From contig JAUSNB010000057.1 in NCBI GenBank assembly GCA_030645615.1, forward strand, positions 12,384-76,383: DNA of 64,000 nt. Direction: 5' to 3'. A model generated the notes under the pieces. It was not told the DNA's origin and searched no databases. It saw only the letters and a program-made list of their open reading frames with translations. The DNA is from Actinomycetota bacterium (lineage in GTDB: Bacteria > Actinomycetota > Actinomycetes > S36-B12). The position numbers and the translations under genes are program-made. How positions within the stretch are numbered: position 1 is the first letter of the stretch; the number at the start of each line of letters is the position of its first letter. Positions 36,774-46,484 of this stretch are shown in pieces.

Positions 36774-36844
36774 TCCCGGGTCGTCTAATGGCAGGACAGC
36801 GGACTTTGAATCCGTGAACAGAGGTTCGACTCCTCTCCCGGGAG
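36774..36844 (+). tRNA. tRNA-Gln (anticodon UUG)
   Basis: Manual cloverleaf. Acceptor TCCCGGG/CCCGGGA. D stem GTCT/GGAC. Anticodon stem GCGGA/TCCGT with loop CTTTGAA. T arm AGAGG-TTCGACT-CCTCT. Discriminator G. CCA is not encoded. Confidence 0.9.
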
Positions 36845-36959
36845 CCTTCGTGCCCGACGCGGCATCGCCCGGCAACGCACGCGGACCGCCCGGTAGGGTG
36901 AGCACGCCTTCCCCGGCCGTCGCGAGGCGACACCTCGCCCGACCCGCTGAGGACCAGAT

Positions 36960-38447
36960 GTGACCAGCACGCGCCCGTCCGTCGTGGTGATCCTCGCCGC
37001 CGGTGAGGGAACGCGGATGAAGTCGGCGACCCCGAAGGTCCTGCACGCCGTCGCCGGCCGCTCGCTGCTCGGCCACGTCATCGAGGCCGCCAGCACCATC
37101 GAGCCCGAGCACCTCGTCGTCGTCGTGGGCCATGGCCGCGAGCAGGTCATCGCGCACGTCGAGGAGATCGCTCCCTGGGCGCTGACGGTCGTGCAGGACC
37201 AGCAGCACGGCACCGGGCATGCCGTGCGGGTGGCCCTCGACGACCTCGCCGCGCGCGGCATTGCCCTCGGCCAGGGCCCCGTCGTCATCCTCACGGGCGA
37301 CACTCCGCTGCTGACCGGCCACACCCTCGTCGGGCTGCTCGTCGACCATTCCGGCACGCAGGCGTCGGCGACCGTGCTCACCGCGCGCCTCGCCGATCCA
37401 TCCGGCTACGGCCGGATCGTGCGCGATGCAACGGGCACCGTCGTCGCCATCGTCGAGCAGAAGGACGCCACCGACGAGCAGCGACGGATCGACGAGATCA
37501 ACTCCGGCATGTATGCGTTCGGAATCGACCGCCTCGCGGCGGGCCTGGCCCGGCTGACCACCGACAACGCCCAGGGCGAGCAGTACCTCACCGATGTCAT
37601 TGGCCTGCTGCGCGGCGATGGCGACGTGGTGTCGGCCTCGGTGTGCCCCGATCCAGACGAGATCCTCGGAGTCAACGACCGGGTCCAGCTGGCCGAGGCC
37701 GCCTCGATCCTGCGCGACCGGATCAACGCCCGTTGGATGCGGGCCGGGGTGTCGATGCTCGATCCGGCGTCGGTATGGCTCGACGTCGATGTCGAGCTGC
37801 AGCCCGACGTCGTGATCCGGCCGAACGTCACCCTCCGGGGGCCGACGTCCGTGGCGTCCGGTGCCGTGCTGGGCCCGGGCACCACCCTCGCCGCGTGCGA
37901 GGTCGGCCCGGGAGCCGAGGTCATCCATACCTGGGCCGAGCTGGCGGTCATCGGCGAAGGCGCCCACGTCGGGCCATTCACCTACTTGAGGCCAGGCACG
38001 ATCCTGGGCCGGGGCACCAAGGCGGGCGCCTACGTCGAGATCAAGAACTCCACGATCGGCGACGGCTCGAAGGTCCCGCACCTGTCCTACGTGGGCGATG
38101 CCGAGGTCGGTGAGGGCTCGAACATCGGGGCCGCGACCGTCTTCGTCAACTACGACGGCGTGGCCAAGCACCGGACCGTTGTCGGCGACCACGTGCGCAT
38201 CGGGAGCGACTCGATGCTGGTGGCCCCGGTGACCATCGGTGACGGTGCGTACACCGCAGCCGGGTCGGTGATCACCGACGATGTCCCGCCCGGTGCCATG
38301 GCGGTCGGCCGCGCGAAGCAGCGCAATGTCGCGGGCTGGGTCGAGCGCAAGCGACCGGGCACCGCATCGGCCGAGGCCGCCGGCCGCGCCAACGACGCCC
38401 AGGCATCAACCGAGCACGAATCAACCTCGCCCGATCCAACTACGTAG
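36960..38447 (+). CDS. glmU: Bifunctional UDP-N-acetylglucosamine diphosphorylase / glucosamine-1-phosphate N-acetyltransferase
   Basis: [12 protein letters not shown]-terminal motif and a C-terminal left-handed beta-helix with hexapeptide repeats. Confidence 0.95.
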   Translation: MTSTRPSVVVILAAGEGTRMKSATPKVLHAVAGRSLLGHVIEAASTIEPEHLVVVVGHGREQVIAHVEEIAPWALTVVQDQQHGTGHAVRVALDDLAARGIALGQGPVVILTGDTPLLTGHTLVGLLVDHSGTQASATVLTARLADPSGYGRIVRDATGTVVAIVEQKDATDEQRRIDEINSGMYAFGIDRLAAGLARLTTDNAQGEQYLTDVIGLLRGDGDVVSASVCPDPDEILGVNDRVQLAEAASILRDRINARWMRAGVSMLDPASVWLDVDVELQPDVVIRPNVTLRGPTSVASGAVLGPGTTLAACEVGPGAEVIHTWAELAVIGEGAHVGPFTYLRPGTILGRGTKAGAYVEIKNSTIGDGSKVPHLSYVGDAEVGEGSNIGAATVFVNYDGVAKHRTVVGDHVRIGSDSMLVAPVTIGDGAYTAAGSVITDDVPPGAMAVGRAKQRNVAGWVERKRPGTASAEAAGRANDAQASTEHESTSPDPTT

Positions 38448-38455
38448 GAGCCTCG

Positions 38456-39457
38456 TTGTCCCAGCTCACGGTCCCCACCCAGAAGCGGCTCGTCGTGCTC
38501 GCGGGGCGCTCCTACCCAGCACTCGCAGAGGAGGTGGCGGCCAACCTCGGAGTCACCTTGTCGCCCACGACTGCCTACGACTTCGCGAACGGCGAGATCT
38601 TCATCCGCTTCCAGGAGTCCGTCCGCGGCTGCGACGCCTTCGTGCTGCAGAGCCACACCACCCCCATCAACACCTGGATCATGGAGCAACTGATCATGGT
38701 CGACGCGCTGAAGCGCGCCTCGGCAAAGCGCATCACGGTCGTCATGCCGTTCTACGGGTACGCCCGCCAGGACAAGAAGCACAGGGGCCGGGAGCCGATC
38801 TCGGCCCGGCTCATGGCCGACCTCTTCAAGACCGCGGGCGCCGATCGGCTCATGACGGTCGACCTGCACACCTCGCAGATCCAGGGCTTCTTCGACGGGC
38901 CGGTCGATCACCTGTTCGCCATGCCCTTGCTGGCCCGGCACGTGTCGTCCCGAGTGGCCCTCGATCGCATCACCGTCGTCTCCCCTGACGCTGGCCGGGT
39001 CCGCGTCGCCGAACGGTGGACCGACGTCCTGGGCGCCCCGCTGGCGATCATCCACAAGCGCCGCGATCCCGACGTGCCCAACCAGGTCCGCGTGTTCGAG
39101 GTCGTCGGCGACGTGCGGGATCGGGTGTGCGTCCTCGTCGACGACATGATCGACACCGGCGGCACGATCGTGAAGGCGGCGGAGACACTGTTCGAGAACG
39201 GCGCCGCCGACGTGATCGTGGCCGCCACCCACGGCATCCTCAGCGAGCCGGCGAAGGAGCGCCTCGAGGCGTCGGACATCTCCGAGGTCATTGTCACGAA
39301 CACCCTGCCCATCTCGCAGGAGCGTCAGTTCGAGAAGCTGACGATCCTGTCGATCGCCCCGATCCTGGCCAAGGCCATCACGGAGGTGTTCACCGAGGGC
39401 TCGGTGACCTCGATGTTCGAGGAGCCGTTGACCGCTCCCGAGGCGTCCTCCCACTGA
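38456..39457 (+). CDS. prs: Ribose-phosphate diphosphokinase
   Basis: TTG start after AGGAG. Motifs YARQDKK, DLH..QIQGFF and VDDMIDTGGT. Confidence 0.95.
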   Translation: MSQLTVPTQKRLVVLAGRSYPALAEEVAANLGVTLSPTTAYDFANGEIFIRFQESVRGCDAFVLQSHTTPINTWIMEQLIMVDALKRASAKRITVVMPFYGYARQDKKHRGREPISARLMADLFKTAGADRLMTVDLHTSQIQGFFDGPVDHLFAMPLLARHVSSRVALDRITVVSPDAGRVRVAERWTDVLGAPLAIIHKRRDPDVPNQVRVFEVVGDVRDRVCVLVDDMIDTGGTIVKAAETLFENGAADVIVAATHGILSEPAKERLEASDISEVIVTNTLPISQERQFEKLTILSIAPILAKAITEVFTEGSVTSMFEEPLTAPEASSH

Positions 39458-39596
39458 CGGCAGGGCTCCCGCGAGCGGGTACACTTCCCTCATCCTCGGC
39501 GAGGGTGCCGGCCCCTAGGGTTCGGCCACCGTGATCGACGTGGTCGGCGCCACCCGGCGTTGCCGAGGCGACCGACGATGATCGAGGAGTATTGAC

Positions 39597-40157
39597 GTGA
39601 CCACCGTTGCACTGTCCGCCGTTGCCCGTTCCGACTTCGGCAAGGGCGCTGCCCGCCGGATCCGGCGCGACGGCCACATTCCCGCCGTGATCTACGGCTC
39701 GGGCACCGAACTGGTCCACGTGGCGCTGCCGGCCCACGACCTCGACCTGGCCCTGCGCAAGCCGCGCGTCGTGCTGTCCGTGGAGTTCGACGGATCGTCC
39801 GTGCTCGTCAAGCCGCGTGACGTCCAGCGCGACCCGGTCAAGCGATCCCTCGAGCACATCGACCTCGTGATCATCACCCAGGCCGAAGCGGTCGAGCGCG
39901 GCGAGATGGCAGACGCCATCAAGGCCGCCACGGCGGCCGCCGAGGAAGCCGGCATGGATGCCGCGTCCGCGGTGCAGGCACTGGAGGAAGCCGTCGCCGC
40001 GGGCGAGGATCCGATGGCCGCCGCGCAGCATGCCGTCGCCGACGCGGAGAGCAAGGCCGAGGAGTACTCCGAGGCGAATGCCCATGAGGCCGAGGTCGAG
40101 GCCGCCGAGGCTGCGGCCAACGCCCCCGAACTCATGGACATCCCCGCGGCGGAGTAA
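39597..40157 (+). CDS. rplY: 50S ribosomal protein L25 / general stress protein Ctc form
   Basis: Motifs RSDFGKGAARRIRRDGHIPAVIYG and VKPRDVQRDPV, with an acidic Ala-rich C-terminal tail. GTG after GAGGAG. Confidence 0.9.
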   Translation: MTTVALSAVARSDFGKGAARRIRRDGHIPAVIYGSGTELVHVALPAHDLDLALRKPRVVLSVEFDGSSVLVKPRDVQRDPVKRSLEHIDLVIITQAEAVERGEMADAIKAATAAAEEAGMDAASAVQALEEAVAAGEDPMAAAQHAVADAESKAEEYSEANAHEAEVEAAEAAANAPELMDIPAAE

Positions 40158-40160
40158 CCG

Positions 40161-40748
40161 ATCAGCGCGCCCTGGCTGGTCGTTGGCCTCGGCAACCCGG
40201 GTCCGGAGTACGCGGCAACGCGGCACAACGTCGGCTTCCTCGTCGTCGACGCGCTCGCCGAGGCGCACCGGATCCGGCTGGCCCGGCACAAGCGGGCGCA
40301 TGCCCAGGCCGGGGAGGGGCGATTCGTCATCCCGGGGCCGCATGTCGTGCTGGCCGAGCCGATGTCATTCATGAACGAGTCGGGCGGTCCCGTGAAGGCC
40401 CTGATGGCCTTCTACGACGTTGCCCCTGCGCAGCTCATCGTCGTGCACGACGAGCTGGACATCCCCTTCGGCGCGATCCGGGCCAAGCTCGGCGGAGGCG
40501 ACAACGGGCACAACGGCCTGCGCAGCCTGCGCAGGTCACTCGGCACCGGTGACTTCTACCGGATCCGGGTGGGAATCGGCCGGCCCCCCGGCCGGCAGGA
40601 CCCGGCGGCCTTCGTGCTCAAGGGTTTCGGCTCCACCGAGCGTTCGGAGGTGCCGGCCATCGTCGAGCGTGGTGCAGATGCCGTCACCATGCTCATCTCG
40701 GATGGGCTTGAATCGACGCAGAACAGGTTCCACGCCGACCCGGCGTGA
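40161..40748 (+). CDS. pth: Peptidyl-tRNA hydrolase (no canonical start codon; ATC 40161 or CTG 40176 proposed)
   Basis: The frame reads ISAPWLVVGLGNPGPEYAATRHNVGF... directly after the rplY TAA. GGAG lies 6 nt upstream of ATC 40161. The ORF track only reports the internal GTG at 40347. Confidence 0.85.
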   Translation: MSAPWLVVGLGNPGPEYAATRHNVGFLVVDALAEAHRIRLARHKRAHAQAGEGRFVIPGPHVVLAEPMSFMNESGGPVKALMAFYDVAPAQLIVVHDELDIPFGAIRAKLGGGDNGHNGLRSLRRSLGTGDFYRIRVGIGRPPGRQDPAAFVLKGFGSTERSEVPAIVERGADAVTMLISDGLESTQNRFHADPA

Positions 40749-41587
40749 GCCTCCCGCCAGCCAGGAAGGCGCGCATGCCCGCCAGATCAGATGCCGAGCT
40801 CTCCCGCGACGTTGCCCGGTTGGCGGGTGCCCTGCTCCTCGAGCTGCGGGCCGGCTTCGGCCCGATCGACGGCGCCGACGAGGCCAACGCCCTGCGCAAG
40901 CAAGCCGATCGTTCGGCCCATGAACTGATCATGGCGGAGCTGACGGCCGCCCGTCCGGGTGACGCGATCCTCAGCGAGGAGGGCAAGGACGACGATCGCC
41001 GGCTGTCTGCCGACCGGGTGTGGATCGTCGACCCGCTCGACGGGACATGGGAGTACGGACAGGGTCGCAACGACTTCGCTGTCCATATCGCCCTGTGGGA
41101 GCCGGGTTCCGCGACGCTGTCGGCGGCGACCGTCGACCTGCCCGGCCAAGGCCTCAGCCGCACGGTGCTCGACACGCCACCCGCGCCTGCTCCGCTGCCG
41201 CAGGACCGACCCCTGCGCATCGTCGCGTCGCGGAGCAGGCCACCGGCGAGCTTGCCGCTCACCGTGGCGCTGCTCTCGAGACGACTCGCCGATGCAGGCA
41301 TCACCGATCGCGGTGTCGAGGTCGTCGACGTGGGATCGGTCGGTGCCAAGGTCAACGAGCTCATCTGCGGGCGGGCCGAGGCCTATGTCCACGACACCGG
41401 CTTCTATGAGTGGGACGTCGCCGCGCCCTACGGCGTGGCCCAGAGCTACGGCTTCGTTCCGGCGCACGTCGACGGCAGCCCGGTGACCTTCAACCACATG
41501 CCTCCCTACGTCACAGACCTCGTGGTCAGCCACCCCGACCTGGTCGTGCACCTGCGTGCCGCCATTGCGGAGGCGCTCGCATCGTGA
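40745..41587 (+). CDS. cysQ: Inositol-monophosphatase-family 3'(2'),5'-bisphosphate nucleotidase (CysQ-like)
   Basis: Motifs ILSEEG and WIVDPLDGT. GTGA overlaps on both sides. Confidence 0.75.
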   Translation: MSLPPARKARMPARSDAELSRDVARLAGALLLELRAGFGPIDGADEANALRKQADRSAHELIMAELTAARPGDAILSEEGKDDDRRLSADRVWIVDPLDGTWEYGQGRNDFAVHIALWEPGSATLSAATVDLPGQGLSRTVLDTPPAPAPLPQDRPLRIVASRSRPPASLPLTVALLSRRLADAGITDRGVEVVDVGSVGAKVNELICGRAEAYVHDTGFYEWDVAAPYGVAQSYGFVPAHVDGSPVTFNHMPPYVTDLVVSHPDLVVHLRAAIAEALAS

Positions 41588-44500
41588 GCCTGTCCGCGCT
41601 GCTGGCGTGCCTGGACGGTGAGCCGGGGTTCGACCTCGTCCGCGACCTTGCCGCGAGCGGCACGGGTGCCGTCGTCGAGGCGACGCCCTCGATCCACCCG
41701 CTTGTCGTCGCCCAGATCGTGATGCACCGAAAGGCGGGCGAGCCGGTATTCGTCGTCACGGCCACGGGCCGCGAGGCGGAGGACGTTGCGGCGGCGCTGC
41801 CCGGCCTCGTGCCGGGACTCCAGGTGGCCGTCTTCCCGTCCTGGGAGACCCTCCCGCACGAGCGGCTGTCGCCGTCATCGGACACCGTGGGCCGGCGGGT
41901 GGCCGTCATGCGTCGCCTGGCCCACCCGGATCCGCAGGACCCGATGGCCCTGCCCGTCGACGTCGTCGCCACGTCGGTGCGTGCCTTCCTGCAGCCCGTC
42001 GTCGCCGGCATCGCTGACGTGGCCCCCGTCCGGTTGTCGCCGGGAGACGAGGCCCCGCTGCACGGACTGGTCGAGCGCCTCGTCGGCATGGGATACGACC
42101 GGGTGGACCTTGTCGAACGCCGCGGCCAGCTCGCCGTTCGAGGCGGCATCCTCGACGTCTTCCCGCCGACCGACGAGCATCCGGTGCGCGTGGAGTTCTG
42201 GGGCGACACCGTGGAGGAGGTGCGTTCCTTCTCCGTGGCGGACCAGCGCTCGCTCGAGCTCGCACCGCACGGGCTGTGGGCCCCGGCCGTGCGCGAACTA
42301 CTGCTGACCGAGGCGGTGCGCGAGCGAGCCGCTGCCCTGGCACGCATCTCCCCGGTGCTCGCGGAGATGTGCGACCGACTCGCCGACGGGGTGCCCGTCG
42401 AGGGCATGGAGGCCCTGGCTCCCGTGCTGTCCGATGGCATGACCACCCCGCTCGAGCTTGCGGGTGGTTCGTCACACGTCGTGCTGCTGGAGCCGGAGCG
42501 GATCCGCAAGCGTGCCCACGACATCGTGCGCACGGCACAGGAGTTCCTCATGGCGTCGTGGCACAACGCCACGGTGGGCAATGCGGCCCCGATCGACCTC
42601 GCGGCGGCCAGCTACCGCGAGCTGGCCGACATGCGCGAGACGGCTCGCGATCTGGGCAGCGGATGGTGGGCAGTCACCCCCCTGCTCAGCGACGCCGAGA
42701 TGGACCATCCGGAACCGGGCGACCCGGGCCGAGACCGCGTGGACAGCCGGATCCGGGTGGTGGCATCCGGCATCGAGTCCTATCGCGGGGATGCTGCTCG
42801 CGCCATGGCCGACCTCCGAGCATGGGCAGCCGGCGGCCAACGCGTGATCGTCCTGGCCGAAGGGCACGGCTCGGTCGACCGCCTGGTCGAGGAGCTCGCC
42901 GACGCCGACGTGCCTGTCGCGATGACCGAGGACCTTGCCGAACGACCCGACCCCGGAGTCGTCGCGGTCGCGCAGGGGCGGCTGCTGCACGGGTTCAGCG
43001 TCCCGGGGCAGGGGCTCACCGTGGTCACCGAGACGGACATCGCGGGCCAGCGCAGCTCGACGAAGGACATGCGCCGGCTGCCCTCGCGGCGGCGGCGGTC
43101 CATCGATCCGCTGACCCTGGCTGCGGGCGACTACGTCGTCCATGAGCAGCACGGCGTCGGCCGCTACGTCGACATGATCGTGCGGACGGTGGCGGGTGCC
43201 GAGCGCGAGTACCTCGTCCTGGAATACGCAGCGAGCAAGCGCGGGCAACCGGCGGACCGGCTGTTCGTCCCCATGGACCAGCTCGACATGGTCACCAAGT
43301 ACGTGGGCGGCGAGGCGCCGTCCGTCCATCGGCTCGGCGGTGCCGACTGGCAGAAGGCGAAGGGCCGGGCGCGCAAGGCCGTGAAGCAGATCGCCGCCGA
43401 GCTGATCAGGCTGTATGCGGCCCGACAAGCGAGCAAGGGCTTCACGTTCTCGCCGGACACCCCGTGGCAGCGAGAGCTCGAGGATGCCTTCCCGTACGTC
43501 GAGACGCCGGACCAGGGAGCCTGCATCGACGAGGTCAAGGCCGATATGGAGCGGCAGATCCCGATGGACCGGCTGATCTGCGGCGACGTGGGCTATGGCA
43601 AGACGGAGATCGCCGTGCGCGCGGCGTTCAAGGCCGTGCAGGACGGCAAGCAGGTGGCCGTCCTGGTGCCGACCACCCTGCTCGTCCAGCAGCACATGTC
43701 CACTTTCGCCGAACGGTACGCGGCTTTCCCGATCAAGCTCGCCGCCCTGTCGCGCTTCAACTCGGACAAGGAGGCGAGGCAGGCCCTCGAGGGCGTGGCC
43801 GACGGCACGGTCGACGTCGTCATAGGAACGCACCGGCTGCTGACCTCGGGAGTCCGGTTCAAGGACCTCGGGCTCGTGGTGATCGACGAGGAGCAGCGCT
43901 TCGGCGTCGAGCACAAGGAGCACCTCAAGGCCCTGCGCACGAACGTCGACGTGCTCGCGATGTCGGCGACGCCGATCCCGCGCACGCTGGAGATGGCGGT
44001 CACAGGCATCCGTGAGATGTCGGTGATTCAGACCCCTCCCGAGGAGCGGCACCCCGTCCTCACGTTCGTCGGACCATACGACGACAAGCAGATCGCCGCG
44101 GCGATCAACCGGGAGCTCATGCGCGAGGGCCAGGTGTTCTTCGTCCACAACCGGGTCGAGAGCATCGACCGGGTGGCCCGGCGGATCGGCGACCTCGTCC
44201 CGGACGCGCGCATCGCGATCGCCCACGGGCAGATGAACGAGGGCGCGCTGGAGCAGGTCATCGTCGACTTCTGGGACAAGCAGATCGACGTCCTCGTCTG
44301 CACGACGATCGTCGAGTCGGGCATCGACATCGCCAACGCCAACACTCTGATCGTCGACCGCGCGGACACGTTCGGCCTGTCGCAGCTGCACCAGCTCCGC
44401 GGCAGGGTCGGCCGGGGCCGCGAGCGGGCATACGCCTACTTCATGTACGCGCCGGATCGCCCGCTGACGGAGACCGCCCACGAGAGGCTGGCGACCATTG

Positions 44501-45159
44501 CCCAGCACACCGACCTTGGCTCGGGCATGCGGATCGCCCTGAAGGACCTCGAGATCCGCGGTGCCGGCAACCTCCTCGGCGGGGAGCAGAGCGGGCACAT
44601 CGCCGACGTCGGCTTCGACCTGTATGTGCGGCTCGTCGGGGAGGCGCTGGCGGAGTACAAGGACGAGCCAGTCACGACGGCGGCGGAAGTGAGGGTCGAG
44701 CTGCCGATCGATGCCAACATCCCGGCTGACTACCTGCCGCACGAGCGGCTCCGGCTTGAGGCGTACAAGCGGCTGGCCGACGCCACGTCGGCCGCTGCGG
44801 TCGAGGAGGTGGCGGCAGAGCTGATGGATCGCTACGGACCGCTTCCGGCTCCCGTCGAGGCGCTGCTCGCGGTCGCTCGGTTCCGCGTCCTCGCCCGGGC
44901 GGCCGGGCTCAGCGAGGTGATCGTCCAGGGATCCAGCGTGAAGTTCGCGCCGGTCGCCCTGCCGGAGTCCGGCCAGCTCCGGTTGGCCCGCCTCTACCCG
45001 CGCACGATCGTCAAGCCGGCGGTACGTACGATCATGGTGCCGCGCCCGGCCACCGCCCCTGTGGGAGGTGCGCCGTTGCGCGGAACCGACCTGCTGGCCT
45101 GGGCGGCCGATCTCGTGACCGCCGTCCTGCTGCCCGCACCGCCTGGGGAGACGTCATGA
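41584..45159 (+). CDS. mfd: Transcription-repair coupling factor
   Basis: GTG 41584. UvrB-homology N-terminus, RNAP-interaction region (YVVHEQHGVGRY), SF2 motifs GDVGYGKTE and DEEQRFG, and a TRG motif region. Confidence 0.96.
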   Translation: MSLSALLACLDGEPGFDLVRDLAASGTGAVVEATPSIHPLVVAQIVMHRKAGEPVFVVTATGREAEDVAAALPGLVPGLQVAVFPSWETLPHERLSPSSDTVGRRVAVMRRLAHPDPQDPMALPVDVVATSVRAFLQPVVAGIADVAPVRLSPGDEAPLHGLVERLVGMGYDRVDLVERRGQLAVRGGILDVFPPTDEHPVRVEFWGDTVEEVRSFSVADQRSLELAPHGLWAPAVRELLLTEAVRERAAALARISPVLAEMCDRLADGVPVEGMEALAPVLSDGMTTPLELAGGSSHVVLLEPERIRKRAHDIVRTAQEFLMASWHNATVGNAAPIDLAAASYRELADMRETARDLGSGWWAVTPLLSDAEMDHPEPGDPGRDRVDSRIRVVASGIESYRGDAARAMADLRAWAAGGQRVIVLAEGHGSVDRLVEELADADVPVAMTEDLAERPDPGVVAVAQGRLLHGFSVPGQGLTVVTETDIAGQRSSTKDMRRLPSRRRRSIDPLTLAAGDYVVHEQHGVGRYVDMIVRTVAGAEREYLVLEYAASKRGQPADRLFVPMDQLDMVTKYVGGEAPSVHRLGGADWQKAKGRARKAVKQIAAELIRLYAARQASKGFTFSPDTPWQRELEDAFPYVETPDQGACIDEVKADMERQIPMDRLICGDVGYGKTEIAVRAAFKAVQDGKQVAVLVPTTLLVQQHMSTFAERYAAFPIKLAALSRFNSDKEARQALEGVADGTVDVVIGTHRLLTSGVRFKDLGLVVIDEEQRFGVEHKEHLKALRTNVDVLAMSATPIPRTLEMAVTGIREMSVIQTPPEERHPVLTFVGPYDDKQIAAAINRELMREGQVFFVHNRVESIDRVARRIGDLVPDARIAIAHGQMNEGALEQVIVDFWDKQIDVLVCTTIVESGIDIANANTLIVDRADTFGLSQLHQLRGRVGRGRERAYAYFMYAPDRPLTETAHERLATIAQHTDLGSGMRIALKDLEIRGAGNLLGGEQSGHIADVGFDLYVRLVGEALAEYKDEPVTTAAEVRVELPIDANIPADYLPHERLRLEAYKRLADATSAAAVEEVAAELMDRYGPLPAPVEALLAVARFRVLARAAGLSEVIVQGSSVKFAPVALPESGQLRLARLYPRTIVKPAVRTIMVPRPATAPVGGAPLRGTDLLAWAADLVTAVLLPAPPGETS

Positions 45160-45770
45160 GTGCAGCCCGCCGCCCGCGCCGAGCAGCCATCGCTGCTGCC
45201 CTTGCCACTGCCGCGCTGTTCCTGAGCGCATGCGCCGGCCAGCAGGCTGGATCTGCGGCCACGTTAGGCACGGACAGGATCACGGAGCAGGCACTTGCGT
45301 CGAACGTCGAGGAGGTCTTCGCCGCCCAGGGCCTGCCCACCGACAGCGCAGACGAGCTCATCACCCAGGAGACGCTCAGCCGCATGATCATCATCGACCT
45401 GGTCGACATCCTCGCCGAGCGGACCGGTGTCGTTGTGAGCCAGGGCAGGCTGGACCAGGAACTCCAGTCCTACATCGCCCAGTCGGGGGACCGCGACGCC
45501 ATGGTTGCCTCCTTCACCCAGCAGGGGATCGCCCCCTCGATGATCGAGGACATCATCAGGCTCAACCTGTTGGCGACCGATCTGGGCGTCGCGCTGGCGC
45601 CGGATGGCGCACCCGAGGAGCAGGGGCAGGCTGTGTTCGATGCCGTGTCTGCGTTGAGCGTCGAACTGGGCGTCGAGACGAGTCCGCGCTTCGGCACCTG
45701 GGACCCGACGGCCCTGCAGGTCGGACCCGTGTCCGACGACCTCGCGATCCTGCCTGCCCTGGCTTCGTGA
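45156..45770 (+). CDS. Lipoprotein with SurA-N-like chaperone region
   Basis: Lipobox LFLSAC after a basic N-terminus. ATGA overlap with mfd. Family assignment is tentative. Confidence 0.6.
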   Translation: MSAARRPRRAAIAAALATAALFLSACAGQQAGSAATLGTDRITEQALASNVEEVFAAQGLPTDSADELITQETLSRMIIIDLVDILAERTGVVVSQGRLDQELQSYIAQSGDRDAMVASFTQQGIAPSMIEDIIRLNLLATDLGVALAPDGAPEEQGQAVFDAVSALSVELGVETSPRFGTWDPTALQVGPVSDDLAILPALAS

Positions 45771-46471
45771 CGGACGGCGATCCGCCCCCGAACCCTGCCT
45801 CGGCCAGGCCGGGGGAGCGCCTGCTGCAACTCGTCTCCGTCATGGATCGCCTACGCGGGCCGGGCGGATGCCCGTGGGATGCGAAGCAGACGCACGCGTC
45901 GCTCGTGGAGTACCTCATCGAGGAGGCGTACGAGGCGGTCGAGGCGATCGAGACCAGCGACACGGCCCATCTGCGCGAGGAACTCGGCGACGTCTTGCTC
46001 CAGGTCGTCTTCCACGCGCGCATCGCCAGCGAGGCCGAGGGCTGGGACATCGACGACGTTGCGCAGGGCATCGTCGACAAGCTGGTCGACCGGCATCCGC
46101 ATGTGTTCGCGTCGGGTGCCGACGCGGTCACGGCCGACACACCGGAGCAGGTGGAGGCCAATTGGCACGCGCTCAAGGCCCGCGAGAAGGGCCGTGCATC
46201 GGTTGCCGATGGCATTCCGGCGGCCCTGCCGGCGCTGCTGCAGGCGGGCAAGGTCGTCAACCGCAGTGCTGGGATCGCTGATCGGTTGCCGCCCCTGCCC
46301 GGTGTGCAGGCTGCCACCACCGCGATGCCAGTGGGCCAGACCGAGGACGACCTTGGCGACCTGCTTTTCGCCATCGTCTCGATCTCCCGTGAGCGCGGCA
46401 TGGACGCCGAGTCGGCCCTGCGCGCAGCCACCAGGCGACGAGCCGACGCGATACGCGCCGCGGGACTGTGA
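45767..46471 (+). CDS. mazG: Nucleoside triphosphate pyrophosphohydrolase MazG
   Basis: Motifs CPWDAKQTHASL..YLIEEAYEAVEAI and EELGDVLLQVVFHA. GTGA overlap with the preceding gene. Confidence 0.88.
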   Translation: MTDGDPPPNPASARPGERLLQLVSVMDRLRGPGGCPWDAKQTHASLVEYLIEEAYEAVEAIETSDTAHLREELGDVLLQVVFHARIASEAEGWDIDDVAQGIVDKLVDRHPHVFASGADAVTADTPEQVEANWHALKAREKGRASVADGIPAALPALLQAGKVVNRSAGIADRLPPLPGVQAATTAMPVGQTEDDLGDLLFAIVSISRERGMDAESALRAATRRRADAIRAAGL

Positions 46472-46484
46472 CGGACGCACAACC

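Noticed and set aside
39458-39596. 139-nt gap upstream of rplY, considered as a possible ribosomal-protein leader or riboswitch.
   Set aside because: I found only short, weak stems (for example CCCTC-N9-GAGGG) and no motif I can match to a known leader. The evidence is insufficient to call a feature.
42472-44742. 756-aa minus-strand ORF, and the many other 100-450-aa ORFs antisense to or out of frame with called genes (for example 10119..11267, 12420..13658, 15871..17226, 24490..25797, 24939..26654, 33256..34626).
   Set aside because: Each overlaps a gene with strong family motifs on the other strand or frame, and each has an Arg/Pro/Gly/His-rich low-complexity translation. Stop codons are simply rare in GC-rich sequence.
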